Source of the DNA: an uncultured Chitinophaga sp.
Lineage (GTDB): Bacteria > Bacteroidota > Bacteroidia > NS11-12g > UBA955
Length of the DNA: 64,000 bases
Assembly: GCA_964505065.1 (NCBI GenBank)
Contig: CAZDGF010000004.1
Span: 9,011 to 73,010, forward strand
Reading direction: 5' to 3'
The position numbers and the translations under genes were made by a program. Below, piece by piece: positions 1 through 10,955 of the stretch (position 1 is its first letter; each line of letters opens with the position of its first letter). The notes beneath the pieces are model-generated. The model was not told where the DNA came from. It searched no databases and saw only the letters and a program-made list of their open reading frames with translations.

Positions 1-2077
1 GCGTTCGTGGATTGCCTTTATCATGGTATTGGTATTGGCTTTTAGCATTGTATGGCAAATTATAGATTTACAATTTACCCAAAAAGAAAAATACTTAGCC
101 ATAAGTAGAGAAAAAACCACCAAAATGAGAGAAATTCAAGCCTCTCGTGGTAATATTTATGCAGATGATGGCAGCCTTTTAGCTACCAGTATTCCTAAAT
201 ACGAGGTGCGTATGGATACCCATGTAGAAACCGTAACCAATGAGTATTTTAAAGCCAATGTAGATAGCCTTGCTTGGTATTTAGCCAATACTTTTATGGA
301 TAAAACACAGGCAGAATGGCGAAGATATTTGATAGAAGCAAGAGCCAGAAAAGATGGATATTTATTGATAAAACGTGATGTTGACTATGTTGTAACCAAA
401 GCTATGAGCCATTTTCCTATTTTTAATTTGGGTAAATTTAAAGGTGGTTTTATAACGATTGAAAAAAATAAACGTGAAATTCCTTTTGGGCAATTGGCTT
501 TCAGAACCATTGGCTATACAAATTCTACAGGTATAAAAATTGGCTTGGAAGGTGCTTATGATACGCTTTTAACAGGCAGCAGCGGACAGCGTTTAGAAAG
601 AAGAATAAATGGTGGTGTATGGAAACCAGTAAATAACGATGCCGCTTTAGAACCTCGTAATGGTTTTGATGTATATACTACCATAGATATTAATACCCAA
701 GATGTGGCAGAAAATGCTTTGAAACAATGTTTAATTAATAACAATGCCGACCATGGTTGCGCTATTTTAATGGAGGTAAAAACAGGTGCTATAAAAGCAA
801 TAGCCAATTTAAAACGTACTTCAGAAGGTGTGTATGAAGAGGCTGAAAACTACGCTATCAATGAGTTTTCCGACCCAGGTTCTACCTTTAAGCTTGTAAG
901 CGCTTTGGCATTATTAGAGGATAAATTTGTAAAACTAAATGATACCATAGATATAGAATGGGGCAAAACAACTTTTGGACCATTAACCATGGTAGATGCG
1001 CATGCTTCAGCATTTAAAAAAATCTCTTTTCAACATGTATTTGAAAATAGTAGCAACGTAGGTATTGCAAAATCTGTAAATAAATTTTATAAAAACAACC
1101 CTGAAAAATATTTGCAATATGCCTACAATTTAGGTTTAAATAAAGCTTTACCTTTTGATATCAAATCATCAAAAAATCCAATATTAAGAGGAAGTAAAAG
1201 CAAGGAATGGAGCGGCACCTCACTACCATTTATGAGCATAGGTTACGAAATGGCTATTAGCAGCCTACAAATGCTTTCGGTTTACAATGCAGTAGCCAAT
1301 AATGGCGTAATGGTAAAACCATATATTGTAAAAGAAGTAAAAGAATTTGGCAAGGTTATTCAAAAAAATGAAGTAACCATTTTAAATAAAAAAATATGTA
1401 GCGATGAAACTTTAAAACAGTTGCGCATACTGCTTGAGGGCGTTGTTGAAAATGGTACAGCTACCAATTTAAAAGGCTTGGCTTACAAAGTGGCTGGTAA
1501 AACAGGCACGGCTCAAATAGCTATGAATAATGGCTTTGATAAAAGTTCGCATAAGGCATCGTTTGTTGGCTATTTTCCTGCAAATAATCCGCAATATACA
1601 TGTATGGTAGTTGTAAATGCGCCAAGCAATGGTGTGTATTATGGCGGTGCTGTAGCTGGTCCTGTTTTTAAAGAAATAGCCGATAAAGTGTATAGCACCA
1701 ATATGGCTTTACATGCACCTATTGCTGCTGTTGATAAACCTGCAATTCCAAAGGTAAAAAATGGTAAAAGAGAAGATTTAAAAACAGTATTAAATAAACT
1801 GAATGTGCCAAGTAATCAAGTAAAAGGCAATGCCGAAGGCGAGTGGGTAAAAGTAGGCTACGATGTGCAATCTATTAGCCTAAAAGAATTGCAAACCAAT
1901 AAAAATACTGTGCCAGATGTAATGGGCATGGGGCTGCGAGATGCCATTTATTTATTAGAAAACAGAGGGCTAAAAGTAATTGTAGAAGGCTATGGATTGG
2001 TTAATTTTCAATCTTTAAATGTTGGAAGTACAATTCAAAAAGGAAGTTCAATAATTATAAAATTAAGTAATGGCTAA
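1..2077 (+). CDS. ftsI: Peptidoglycan D,D-transpeptidase FtsI (PBP3), 5'-partial; frame is open to position 2 with a TM-like WIAFIMVLVLAFSIVW
   Basis: SxxK (GSTFKLVSA), SxN (ENSSNVG), KTG (AGKTGTAQ) motifs; C-terminal PASTA-like domain; stop overlaps murE ATG (TAATG); first gene of dcw cluster. Confidence 0.9.
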   Translation, partial: RSWIAFIMVLVLAFSIVWQIIDLQFTQKEKYLAISREKTTKMREIQASRGNIYADDGSLLATSIPKYEVRMDTHVETVTNEYFKANVDSLAWYLANTFMDKTQAEWRRYLIEARARKDGYLLIKRDVDYVVTKAMSHFPIFNLGKFKGGFITIEKNKREIPFGQLAFRTIGYTNSTGIKIGLEGAYDTLLTGSSGQRLERRINGGVWKPVNNDAALEPRNGFDVYTTIDINTQDVAENALKQCLINNNADHGCAILMEVKTGAIKAIANLKRTSEGVYEEAENYAINEFSDPGSTFKLVSALALLEDKFVKLNDTIDIEWGKTTFGPLTMVDAHASAFKKISFQHVFENSSNVGIAKSVNKFYKNNPEKYLQYAYNLGLNKALPFDIKSSKNPILRGSKSKEWSGTSLPFMSIGYEMAISSLQMLSVYNAVANNGVMVKPYIVKEVKEFGKVIQKNEVTILNKKICSDETLKQLRILLEGVVENGTATNLKGLAYKVAGKTGTAQIAMNNGFDKSSHKASFVGYFPANNPQYTCMVVVNAPSNGVYYGGAVAGPVFKEIADKVYSTNMALHAPIAAVDKPAIPKVKNGKREDLKTVLNKLNVPSNQVKGNAEGEWVKVGYDVQSISLKELQTNKNTVPDVMGMGLRDAIYLLENRGLKVIVEGYGLVNFQSLNVGSTIQKGSSIIIKLSNG

Positions 2078-3540
2078 TGTTTGTAAATGAATTGATAAAA
2101 CATATTGAAACAATCGGCATTTATGGCAATCAAAATGCTGTAGTTGAGAATCTTGAATTGGATTCGAGAAAAGCAATAGCCAATACCTTATTTTTTGCTG
2201 TAAAAGGTACTACAACTGATGCGCATCAATATATTTCAAGTGTTATAGAACAAGGTGCAACCGCTATTGTATGCAGTACATTGCCAAATAATTTGAACGA
2301 CAATATTTGCTATATTTTAGTAAACGATGTACAGCAAACTGTTGGCTATGTAGCCTCTGCTTTTTATGGTTTTCCTTCTGAAAAAATGAAACTTGTTGGC
2401 GTAACAGGTACAAATGGTAAAACTACTACAACTACTATGTTGTACCAATTATTTTCAGCATTGGGCAATACTTGTGGGCTTATAAGCACTGTCGAATATA
2501 TGATAGGCAAAGAAACTTTTACAAGTACACATACAACGCCAAATCCTATTCGTATTAATGAGCTAATGGCTGAAATGGTTGAAAAAAATTGCAGCCATTG
2601 TTTTATGGAAGTAAGCTCGCATGCGGGGGTGCAAGGACGCATAAATGGACTTGAATTTGATGGTGCTATTTTTACCAATATTACCCACGACCATTTAGAT
2701 TACCACGGCACATTTGACAATTACATAAAAGCTAAAAAATTATTTTTCGATAAATTGCCTTCCGATGCTTTTGCATTAACCAATAAAGATGATAAAAATG
2801 GCATGGTAATGCTGCAAAACACAAAGGCTTCTCGCTTTTCGTATGCTTTGCAATCTTCTGCCGATTTTCAATGTAAAATTATTGAAAATGATTTTAATGG
2901 GTTATTGCTAAAAATAAACAACCAAGAAGCATGGTTTGGTATGGTAGGAAAGTTTAATGCTTACAATCTTTTGGCAGTGTATGGTACAGCATTTTTACTG
3001 GGTATAAATGAAGATGAAATTTTAACCAAGCTTACGTTGTTAGGCAGGGTAAATGGCAGGTTTGAAGTTTATAAAAGCAGCAACAACATTGTAGGTATTG
3101 TAGATTATGCGCATACGCCCGATGCTTTGCAAAATGTGTTGGAAACCATTAACCATATTAGAACTAAAAATGAAAAACTGATAACCATAGTAGGTTGTGG
3201 TGGCGATAGAGATAAAACCAAACGCCCAACAATGGCAAAGGTTACAACCAATTTGAGCGATAAGGTAATTTTTACAAGCGATAATCCTCGCTCGGAAAAT
3301 CCAGATAAAATTATTGAAGAAATGTACACGGGTGTAGAGCCAATAAATTTTAAAAAAACATTAAAAATTACCGATAGAAAAGAAGCCATAAAAACAGCTG
3401 TAATGATGAGTAATCCTAAAGATATTATTTTAATAGCTGGCAAAGGACACGAAACATACCAAGAAATAAATGGCGTAAAATATCCCTTTGATGATAGAAC
3501 CATTTTATTAGAAATATTTAAACAAATAGAAACAACATAA
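2077..3540 (+). CDS. murE: UDP-N-acetylmuramoyl-L-alanyl-D-glutamate--2,6-diaminopimelate ligase
   Basis: Mur ligase P-loop GVTGTNGKTTTT; DNPR motif (FTSDNPRSENP) indicating meso-DAP specificity; dcw position. Confidence 0.92.
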   Translation: MFVNELIKHIETIGIYGNQNAVVENLELDSRKAIANTLFFAVKGTTTDAHQYISSVIEQGATAIVCSTLPNNLNDNICYILVNDVQQTVGYVASAFYGFPSEKMKLVGVTGTNGKTTTTTMLYQLFSALGNTCGLISTVEYMIGKETFTSTHTTPNPIRINELMAEMVEKNCSHCFMEVSSHAGVQGRINGLEFDGAIFTNITHDHLDYHGTFDNYIKAKKLFFDKLPSDAFALTNKDDKNGMVMLQNTKASRFSYALQSSADFQCKIIENDFNGLLLKINNQEAWFGMVGKFNAYNLLAVYGTAFLLGINEDEILTKLTLLGRVNGRFEVYKSSNNIVGIVDYAHTPDALQNVLETINHIRTKNEKLITIVGCGGDRDKTKRPTMAKVTTNLSDKVIFTSDNPRSENPDKIIEEMYTGVEPINFKKTLKITDRKEAIKTAVMMSNPKDIILIAGKGHETYQEINGVKYPFDDRTILLEIFKQIETT

Positions 3541-3576
3541 CTTGAAAATAAACTATAAATTATAACCGAAGCCTTT

Positions 3577-3676
3577 AGCCCCCTCTCCAGAAAATAATCT
3601 GCCAATGTCCTTCTCCTTTGGAGAAGGTGCCCGAAGGGCGGATGAGGCAAAAGAAGGGGGTTGGGGGTGAGGCAAA
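3577..3676. repeat. GC-rich palindromic intergenic element, degenerate/composite copy (ccttctcc-ttt-ggagaagg hairpin 3609-3627; ...gggtgaggcaaa tail) between murE and mraY
   Basis: Shares ccc(c)tctcc / ggagaggg stem and 'gggtgaggcaaa' tail with copies at 6448-6499, 12274-12325, 12552-12604. Confidence 0.5.
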
Positions 3677-3709
3677 CAATCAACAATTTAATCATTAGAT
3701 AACAAAAAA

Positions 3710-4966
3710 ATGCTATACCATTTATTTACATATCTCGATAGCCAATACGATATTTCTGGTCTTGGTGTTTGGCGCTATTTAAGCTTTCGCTTTAGCTTAG
3801 CGGTAATATTGTCGTTGCTTATTTCGGCAGTATTTGGCAAGCGTTTAATCAATGCTTTGCATAGGCTACAAGTATCTGAAACTATTAGAGATTTAGGCTT
3901 GCAAGGCGAAGAAAAAAAACGTGGCACACCTACAATGGGTGGCTTAATTATTATAAGTGCTATACTTATTCCTACGCTGCTTTTGGCAAGGCTTACCAAT
4001 GTGTATGTGCTGCTAATGATAGCTGTAACAGTGCTTTGCGGTGCCATAGGGTTTATAGATGATTATATTAAAGTATTTAAAAAAGACAAAGCTGGCTTAA
4101 GCGGACGATACAAAATTATAGGACAAGTTATAGTGGGTTTAGTAGTTGGTTTAACTTTGTATTTTAATGAAGCAGTAGTTGTTACTAACCATTATACATC
4201 TCAACAAGTAAAAGAACTTGGGTTAGATACCAATAAACTTAAAGTTAAAATTATTCAAAATGAAAGATATTACATGCAAGATGTAAAATCTACAGAAACC
4301 ACCATTCCTTTTTTCAAACATTCAGAATTTGATTATTGCAGTATTGCCTCCATATTTGGGGCGGGCGCAAGTAAATATTGTTGGATAATTTATGTTTTAG
4401 TGGTTATTTTTATTATTACAGCAGTATCAAATGGCGCAAATATTACTGATGGTATTGATGGTTTAGCCGCAGGAACATCAAGTATCATAGGGCTTACATT
4501 GGGTGTTTTTGCTTTTGTTTCGGGCAATTTTATCATAGCCAAATATTTAAACATTATGTACATTCCCTTTTTGGGCGAATTGTTTGTATTTGCTGGTGCT
4601 TTTGTAGGAGCTTGCATTGGTTTTTTATGGTATAATAGCTATCCTGCACAAGTATTTATGGGCGACACAGGCAGCCTCACGCTTGGGGGTATTATAGCAG
4701 CACTGGCAATTATAGTGCGTAAAGAGCTTTTAATTCCAATATTGTGTGGTATTTTTTTAGTAGAAAATTTGAGTGTTATGATACAAGTGGCTTACTTTAA
4801 ATACACCAAGAAAAAGTATGGCGAAGGTCGAAGAATTTTCTTGATGTCGCCTCTACACCACCATTATCAAAAAAAGGGATTTCACGAAGCCAAAATTGTA
4901 ACACGCTTTTGGATTATAGGTATTATACTGGCGGTTTTAACTTTCATTACATTAAAAATAAGATAA
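3710..4966 (+). CDS. mraY: Phospho-N-acetylmuramoyl-pentapeptide transferase
   Basis: 418-aa polytopic membrane protein in canonical dcw position between murE and murD; typical MraY length and hydrophobic profile. Confidence 0.88.
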   Translation: MLYHLFTYLDSQYDISGLGVWRYLSFRFSLAVILSLLISAVFGKRLINALHRLQVSETIRDLGLQGEEKKRGTPTMGGLIIISAILIPTLLLARLTNVYVLLMIAVTVLCGAIGFIDDYIKVFKKDKAGLSGRYKIIGQVIVGLVVGLTLYFNEAVVVTNHYTSQQVKELGLDTNKLKVKIIQNERYYMQDVKSTETTIPFFKHSEFDYCSIASIFGAGASKYCWIIYVLVVIFIITAVSNGANITDGIDGLAAGTSSIIGLTLGVFAFVSGNFIIAKYLNIMYIPFLGELFVFAGAFVGACIGFLWYNSYPAQVFMGDTGSLTLGGIIAALAIIVRKELLIPILCGIFLVENLSVMIQVAYFKYTKKKYGEGRRIFLMSPLHHHYQKKGFHEAKIVTRFWIIGIILAVLTFITLKIR

Positions 4967-4972
4967 TAAATA

Positions 4973-6334
4973 TTGAGTAAAAAAATTGCAATATTAGGTG
5001 CTGGCGAAAGTGGAACTGGATGTGCTGTATTAGCTATCCAAAAAGGCTTTTCTGTATTTGTTTCCGATATGGGAACAATAAAGGAAAAATATGCTTTAGA
5101 ATTAGAAAATTTAGGCATACGATATGAGCAAAATCAACATACAGAATATGAAATTTTAAATGCTGATGAAATAATAAAAAGTCCTGGTATTCCTGATACT
5201 GCTCCCATAGTTAAAAAAGCAATTGAAAAGAATATTCCAATTATTTCCGAAATAGAATTTGCAAGTAGATACACAGAAGCTAAACACGTAGGTATTACGG
5301 GAACAAATGGCAAAACAACAACTACAATGTTATGCTATCATATTTTGCAAAAAGCAGGTTTTAATGTAGGCTTGGGTGGTAATATTGGCAAAAGCTATGC
5401 CCGCCAAGTAGCAGAAAATAATTACGATTATTATGTATTGGAATTGAGCAGTTTTCAATTGGATAATACCTATACTTTTCGCCCCAATATTGCTATACTT
5501 TGCAATATTACTCCCGACCATTTAGACCGTTATAACTATCAATTTCAAAATTATATAGATTCTAAATTTCGCATAGCAATGAATCAAACCAAAGATGATT
5601 TTTTTATTTACTGTGCCGATGATGAAATTACAGTTGAAAATCTTTCAACACATAAAATTGATGCACAAAAATTGGCGTTTTCTGTAAAACAAAATTTAGA
5701 AAAAGGAGCATTTGTCGCCAATAAAGAAATGCACCTAAAAGACAATACAAACAACAACCTAAACCCTAATACCAACTATTTAACCATGTTTACCAACGAT
5801 TTTGCCCTAAGAGGCATGCACAACAGCTACAACAGTATGGCAGCAGCCATTGCCGCCAATGTTTTGAACATTAAAAAAGAAATTATTCGAGAAAGCCTAA
5901 TGGACTTTCAGAATGTAGAACACCGCTTAGAGTATGTAGCCTCTGTGGGTGGTGTAGAATATATAAATGATAGCAAAGCCACCAATGTAAATTCTACTTG
6001 GTATGCCTTAGAAAGTATGGAAAAGCCCATTGTATGGATAGTGGGCGGTGTAGATAAGGGCAATGATTACGCTGCGCTTTTGCCAATGGTAAAAGAAAAA
6101 GTAAAAGTAATTGTTTGCCTTGGAAACGACAATACTAAAATACATTCTGCCTTTGGCAAACACGTTGAATTAATGGTAAATACTGGCAGCGCACAGGAAG
6201 CGGTAAAAGTAGCGCAACGTTTTGCTGTAAAAGGCGATGTAGTGTTGCTTTCGCCAGCATGTGCAAGTTTCGATTTATTTGCCAATTATGAAGATAGAGG
6301 CTGGCAATTTAAAGCAGCAGTTAAGAACCTTTAA
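4973..6334 (+). CDS. murD: UDP-N-acetylmuramoylalanine--D-glutamate ligase (TTG start)
   Basis: N-terminal KIAILGAGESG Rossmann motif; GITGTNGKTTTT P-loop; dcw position. Confidence 0.9.
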   Translation: MSKKIAILGAGESGTGCAVLAIQKGFSVFVSDMGTIKEKYALELENLGIRYEQNQHTEYEILNADEIIKSPGIPDTAPIVKKAIEKNIPIISEIEFASRYTEAKHVGITGTNGKTTTTMLCYHILQKAGFNVGLGGNIGKSYARQVAENNYDYYVLELSSFQLDNTYTFRPNIAILCNITPDHLDRYNYQFQNYIDSKFRIAMNQTKDDFFIYCADDEITVENLSTHKIDAQKLAFSVKQNLEKGAFVANKEMHLKDNTNNNLNPNTNYLTMFTNDFALRGMHNSYNSMAAAIAANVLNIKKEIIRESLMDFQNVEHRLEYVASVGGVEYINDSKATNVNSTWYALESMEKPIVWIVGGVDKGNDYAALLPMVKEKVKVIVCLGNDNTKIHSAFGKHVELMVNTGSAQEAVKVAQRFAVKGDVVLLSPACASFDLFANYEDRGWQFKAAVKNL

Positions 6335-6339
6335 TAAAG

Positions 6340-6499
6340 TTGGCAAAAGAAAGTTAGCAAACATTAAATTAGCAGTTGGCAAAAAAGAAAACCAAAATAT
6401 GAATAATAAAAAGCTTTGCGTCTTTGCGTGAAATAAAAATAAAAAAAAGCATCTCCCAAAAGTCCCTCTCCTGTGGAGAGGGATTTAGGGTGAGGCAAA
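6340..6499. promoter_or_regulatory. Repeated intergenic module 5' of ftsW: agttggcaaaa/gttagca repeats, 'ctttgcgtctttgcgtgaa' (6414-6432), then GC hairpin ccctctcc-tgt-ggagaggg (6464-6482) and 'atttagggtgaggcaaaa' ending 18 bp before ftsW ATG
   Basis: Same ordered module recurs upstream of ftsZ (12326-12604). Confidence 0.5.
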
Positions 6500-6517
6500 A
6501 TAGGGATAGGATACAAA

Positions 6518-7690
6518 ATGAAAATAGGAAAACTAACATTTAGGGGTGATTCGTATATATGGTTTGCAATTATTTGCTTATCATTATTGGGCTTGTTGGC
6601 GGTGTATAGCTCTACAGGTTCTATTGCTTTTAGAAAACAAGGTGGCAATACAGAATACTATTTATTCAAACAAGCATTGTTTTTATTTGGCGGTTTTTTT
6701 CTTATGTATTTTTTTCATCTGCTCGATTATAAATATTTTTCAAGAATAGCCCAGTTTGCAGTGTTTATAGCAGTTCCTTTGCTTATCGCTACCCTTGTTT
6801 TTGGTAACGACCATAACAATGCAAAACGTACCATAACACTTTTAGGTATTACATTTCAAGCAAGCGATTTTGCAAAATTTGCTATCATAATGTTCATAGC
6901 TCGGTATTTATCTAAAAATCAAGAAGAGCTAAATTCTTGGAAAGGTTTTGGTGTAATTTTAGCTTGGATTTGCGCTATATGTTTTTTAATCATGCCAGAA
7001 AATTTAAGCACCTCAATGGTCTTGTTTTTTACTTGTAGTTTATTGTTATTTATAGGCAATGCAAGGTTAAAACACTTATTGGCATTAGCTGGTGTATTTG
7101 CTATTTTAGGGTTAATAGCATTTACTGTGTTAAAAAAAGCACCCGATAGTATGTTGCCAGGCAGGGCAGCCACTTGGAAAGCACGGTTAGAAAATTTTTC
7201 ATCGGATAGTGCGGAGGAGCAATACCAAACCGTACAAGCTAAAATTGCTGTTGTATCGGGCGGAGTTATGGGAAAAGGACCAGGCAAAGGTGAGCAAAGT
7301 GCATATCTACCAGAGGCTTATTCCGATTATATTTTTGCTTCTATTATTGAAGAATATGGTTTGTTTGGGGCAATAATTACCATTGTACTTTATTTGTTAA
7401 TTTTATACAGAACAATTCGTATTGTGTTAAAAAGTCCAAAAGCTTTTGGTGCATTATTGGCATTGGGTTTGGCATTTAGTTTAGTGCTTCAAGCCTTAAT
7501 ACACATGGCAGTATCAACAAGTTTATTTCCTGTAACAGGTTTAACATTGCCTTTAATAAGCAATGGCGGCACAAGTTTGCTATTTACAAGTGCCGCATTT
7601 GGTGTATTGTTAAGTGTTAGTAGAACAATAGAAGAACAAGATTTGCCTAAAGAAAGTTCAGAGAAAGGAGAGCAAATTGAAGTTGCATAG
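6518..7690 (+). CDS. ftsW: SEDS-family peptidoglycan glycosyltransferase / lipid II flippase FtsW
   Basis: 390-aa multi-TM protein between murD and murG; conserved FtsW/RodA C-terminal region (PLISNGGTSLL-like: LPLISNGGTSLLFTSAAFGVLL). Confidence 0.88.
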   Translation: MKIGKLTFRGDSYIWFAIICLSLLGLLAVYSSTGSIAFRKQGGNTEYYLFKQALFLFGGFFLMYFFHLLDYKYFSRIAQFAVFIAVPLLIATLVFGNDHNNAKRTITLLGITFQASDFAKFAIIMFIARYLSKNQEELNSWKGFGVILAWICAICFLIMPENLSTSMVLFFTCSLLLFIGNARLKHLLALAGVFAILGLIAFTVLKKAPDSMLPGRAATWKARLENFSSDSAEEQYQTVQAKIAVVSGGVMGKGPGKGEQSAYLPEAYSDYIFASIIEEYGLFGAIITIVLYLLILYRTIRIVLKSPKAFGALLALGLAFSLVLQALIHMAVSTSLFPVTGLTLPLISNGGTSLLFTSAAFGVLLSVSRTIEEQDLPKESSEKGEQIEVA

Positions 7691-8762
7691 AGTAATAATA
7701 TCAGGTGGTGGCACAGGGGGACACATTTTTCCTGCTGTGGCTATTGCCAATAAAATAAAAAGCCGTTACCCGAATGCTGAAATTTTATTTATAGGCGCAC
7801 AAGGCAGAATGGAAATGGAAAAAGTGCCTGCGGCTGGTTATAAAATTATAGGCTTACCTATTGCAGGTTTGCAAAGAAGATTGACATTTTCTAATTTTTT
7901 AGTGCCTTTCAAGTTGTTAAAAAGTATTTTAAAAGCTAAAAAAATAGTTAAAGAATTTAAACCCCAAGTAGTTATAGGTGTAGGCGGATATGCAAGTGCA
8001 GCGGTGCTTTATGCAGCATCAAGCAAAAATATTCCGTGTTTAATACAAGAGCAAAACTCGTATGCAGGGCTTACCAATAAATGGCTAAGCAAGAAAGTTA
8101 AAACTATTTGCGTGGCTTATGAGGGTATGGAAAAATTCTTTCCAAAAGAAAAAATAATTATAACTGGTAATCCTGTGCGAGCAGAAATTGCAGAAGCTAA
8201 AAATATAAATCAACAAGATGCAAAAAAACAATTGGGTTTTGATGAAAATACACCATTGATATTAAGTATTGGCGGTAGTTTGGGGGCAAGAACAATCAAT
8301 AAAAGTATTCAACAAAAAATTAATTTATTTACAGAAAATAATATCCAATTGCTATGGCAAACAGGAAAAAATTTTGAAGCCAATACACAAAATATTAAGA
8401 ATATAAAAGCACAAACATTTATTCAAGATATGGCAATGGCTTATGCCGCTGCCGATGTTATTGTTTCAAGATCTGGGGCTATTTCCATAAGTGAATTAAC
8501 TTTGGTAGGAAAGCCATGTATTCTTGTGCCTTCGCCTAATGTTTCCGAAGACCACCAAACAAAAAATGCAATGGCGTTAGTAAATCAAAAAGCAGCTATT
8601 TTAGTAAAAGACAATGAAGCTGAAAATATTATAGTAGAAAAAGCCATTGATTTAATACAAAATAAAACCTTAAAAACGCAGTTGGCAACGCAAATAAAAA
8701 CGCTTGCAAAACCAAATGCTTTAAAAGATATTGTAAACCAAATAGAAGCTTTAATTGTATGA
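7677..8762 (+). CDS. murG: Undecaprenyldiphospho-muramoylpentapeptide beta-N-acetylglucosaminyltransferase (TTG start)
   Basis: GGGTGGHIFPA N-terminal motif; GT28 architecture; dcw position. Confidence 0.9.
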   Translation: MKLHRVIISGGGTGGHIFPAVAIANKIKSRYPNAEILFIGAQGRMEMEKVPAAGYKIIGLPIAGLQRRLTFSNFLVPFKLLKSILKAKKIVKEFKPQVVIGVGGYASAAVLYAASSKNIPCLIQEQNSYAGLTNKWLSKKVKTICVAYEGMEKFFPKEKIIITGNPVRAEIAEAKNINQQDAKKQLGFDENTPLILSIGGSLGARTINKSIQQKINLFTENNIQLLWQTGKNFEANTQNIKNIKAQTFIQDMAMAYAAADVIVSRSGAISISELTLVGKPCILVPSPNVSEDHQTKNAMALVNQKAAILVKDNEAENIIVEKAIDLIQNKTLKTQLATQIKTLAKPNALKDIVNQIEALIV

Positions 8763-10132
8763 ATATAAAAGACATTAAAATAGCCTATTTTATTGGTATT
8801 GGTGGTATTGGTATGAGTGCTATTGCCCGCTATTTTAATGCTATTGGGATAGAGGTTTTTGGATATGATAAAACACAAAACGATTTTACGAATCAATTAA
8901 GCGAAGAAGGTTTTAAAATTCACTACCACGAGGCTGTGAATTTAATTCCAAAAGAAATTATAGAACAGCCAGAAAATACGATTGTAATCTATACGCCCGC
9001 CATTCCCAAAGAACATGCAGAAATGGTGTATTTAAAAAACAAAGGCATTAAGCTACATAAAAGGGCAGAAGTGTTGGGTATTATTTCTCGCAATTCTTAT
9101 ACTATAGGTGTTGCAGGCACGCATGGCAAAACTACTACAAGTTGTTTATTAGCACATATTTTTAACGTATGTAATATTAATTTTACCGCATTTTTAGGCG
9201 GAATAAGCACCAATTTTCAAAGCAATTATGTGCATAAAACTGATGGCGCAAATTTGTTCGATAAGCCAATTACCATTGTAGAGGCCGATGAGTACGACCG
9301 TTCTTTTTTACAACTTTCTCCCAATGTGGCTATTGTTACCTCTACAGATGCCGACCATTTAGATATTTATGGCAAGGCAGATGAGGTAAAAAAATCGTTT
9401 CAAGATTATATCAATTGTTTGGAAAAAAATGGAACAGCCATTGTAAAACAAGGTTTATCACTTACCTCAACTGAAAATTTAATTACCTATGGCGATAGCC
9501 CAAAAGCTAAAGCAAAGTATAGTAATATAGAAATTATTAACCATCAATTTACATTTGATTATAGCTATAAAAAAGATGTTGTAAAAATCATAAATGGCTT
9601 ACCTGGATTTCATAATATAGAAAATGCAACAGCGGCTATTACTGCTGCCTTACAATGCGGTTTGCCATTGAAAGAAATTGCAAATGCGATAACCACTTTT
9701 AAAGGTGTAAAACGCAGATTTGAGTATGTAGTAAATACAGAAAAATATGTGGTAATAGACGATTATGCCCACCACCCAACAGAGCTTAAAGCTTGCATTG
9801 AATCTGTAAAAAGTTTGTATCCAAATAATAAAATTACAGGCGTTTTCCAACCGCATTTATACTCTCGCACACGCGATTTTGCAGATGATTTTGCCGCAGC
9901 TTTAGATTTATTAGATGAGTGTTGGCTAATGGATATTTATCCTGCAAGAGAGCAGCCAATAGAAGGTATTAATTCAGAATTTTTAGCCTTTAAAATGAAT
10001 GCCAAAGTAAGGCTTATGAGTAAAGAAAATATTGTTAAAAATATTGAAGCTGAAAAACCTGAATTGCTTGTAATACTTGGTGCTGGAGATATTGACCAAT
10101 TGATAAAACCCATTAAAAAACTGTATGCGTAA
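8759..10132 (+). CDS. murC: UDP-N-acetylmuramate--L-alanine ligase
   Basis: GIGGIGMSA N-terminal motif; GVAGTHGKTTTS P-loop; start overlaps murG stop. Confidence 0.9.
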   Translation: MNIKDIKIAYFIGIGGIGMSAIARYFNAIGIEVFGYDKTQNDFTNQLSEEGFKIHYHEAVNLIPKEIIEQPENTIVIYTPAIPKEHAEMVYLKNKGIKLHKRAEVLGIISRNSYTIGVAGTHGKTTTSCLLAHIFNVCNINFTAFLGGISTNFQSNYVHKTDGANLFDKPITIVEADEYDRSFLQLSPNVAIVTSTDADHLDIYGKADEVKKSFQDYINCLEKNGTAIVKQGLSLTSTENLITYGDSPKAKAKYSNIEIINHQFTFDYSYKKDVVKIINGLPGFHNIENATAAITAALQCGLPLKEIANAITTFKGVKRRFEYVVNTEKYVVIDDYAHHPTELKACIESVKSLYPNNKITGVFQPHLYSRTRDFADDFAAALDLLDECWLMDIYPAREQPIEGINSEFLAFKMNAKVRLMSKENIVKNIEAEKPELLVILGAGDIDQLIKPIKKLYA

Positions 10133-10955
10133 AATAGCTGCTTTTTTTAAAGAAAATAAAAAATGGAATATTGCCCTTTGGGTGTGTATTGGCTTGTTTT
10201 TATTGGGTTCTTTAATTGCGCTTAATCATACCGAAAAAAATTTAAAAGTAAAAAAAATTAGGGTAAAAATAGAGCCAGAAAATGAATTGTTTTTTTTAGA
10301 TAGCATGGCTATTTTAGAAATTATGAAAGGCATAAACCCAAATATGATGTTGATAGGAAGTAGGATAGGAGATTTGAAAATAGATGAAATGGAAGCCGAT
10401 TTGGAAGCCAATCCTTTTGTAGAAAAAGCGGATATAGCTTTAAACGTAGCTGGCGAAATGCAAGTAAAAATATTGCAACGAAGCCCTATACTGAGAGTTT
10501 TTAATTCAACAGGAAAAAGCTATTATGTAGCAAAAAATGGATATAAAATTCCTGTAAATGAAGCCTATACTGCAAGGGTATTGGCAGCCAATGGCAACAT
10601 TGCTGAAAACCTTACAGACAGTGCTTTTGTAAAGAGTTCAATACTCAAGGATTGTTACAAAATTGCAGCCTTTTGTAGTGCCAATGAATTTTGGAATGCA
10701 CAAATTGAACAATTGTATGTAGATAATTATAATGACATTATCTTGATTCCTAAGGTAGGAAACCATACTATTGTAGTTGGTTCGGCTGAAAATATTGAAG
10801 AAAAATTTGAACGTTTGAAGGTATTTTACACCAAGGGATTGAACAAAATAGGATGGGATAAATATAAATTAATCAATTTAAAATATAAAGACCAAATAGT
10901 AGCAGAAAAGCATGGCAACTGGACACCAACAATAGATACAACAACAAACAAATGA
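10125..10955 (+). CDS. ftsQ: Cell division protein FtsQ (POTRA-containing)
   Basis: 276 aa, single N-terminal TM (IALWVCIGLFLLGSLIAL), position between murC and ftsA with overlapping starts. Confidence 0.75.
   Translation: MRKIAAFFKENKKWNIALWVCIGLFLLGSLIALNHTEKNLKVKKIRVKIEPENELFFLDSMAILEIMKGINPNMMLIGSRIGDLKIDEMEADLEANPFVEKADIALNVAGEMQVKILQRSPILRVFNSTGKSYYVAKNGYKIPVNEAYTARVLAANGNIAENLTDSAFVKSSILKDCYKIAAFCSANEFWNAQIEQLYVDNYNDIILIPKVGNHTIVVGSAENIEEKFERLKVFYTKGLNKIGWDKYKLINLKYKDQIVAEKHGNWTPTIDTTTNK

Noticed and set aside
556-807. Antisense and embedded small ORFs throughout, e.g. 556..807(-), 2364..2678(-), 3105..3695(-), 11035..11481(-), 13234..13740(-), 26016..26252(-), 45433..45768(-), 52163..52556(+), 56442..58117(+), 61137..61509(-)
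   Set aside because: All lie inside and opposite (or out of frame with) strongly supported genes and have low-complexity AT-codon composition with no recognisable motifs, typical six-frame noise.
3609-3627. Calling the GC hairpins rho-independent terminators
   Set aside because: Stems are not followed by T-runs (they are followed by atttagggtgaggcaaa and then a start codon), and they sit inside a co-directional essential operon. Terminator function would block ftsW/ftsZ expression.
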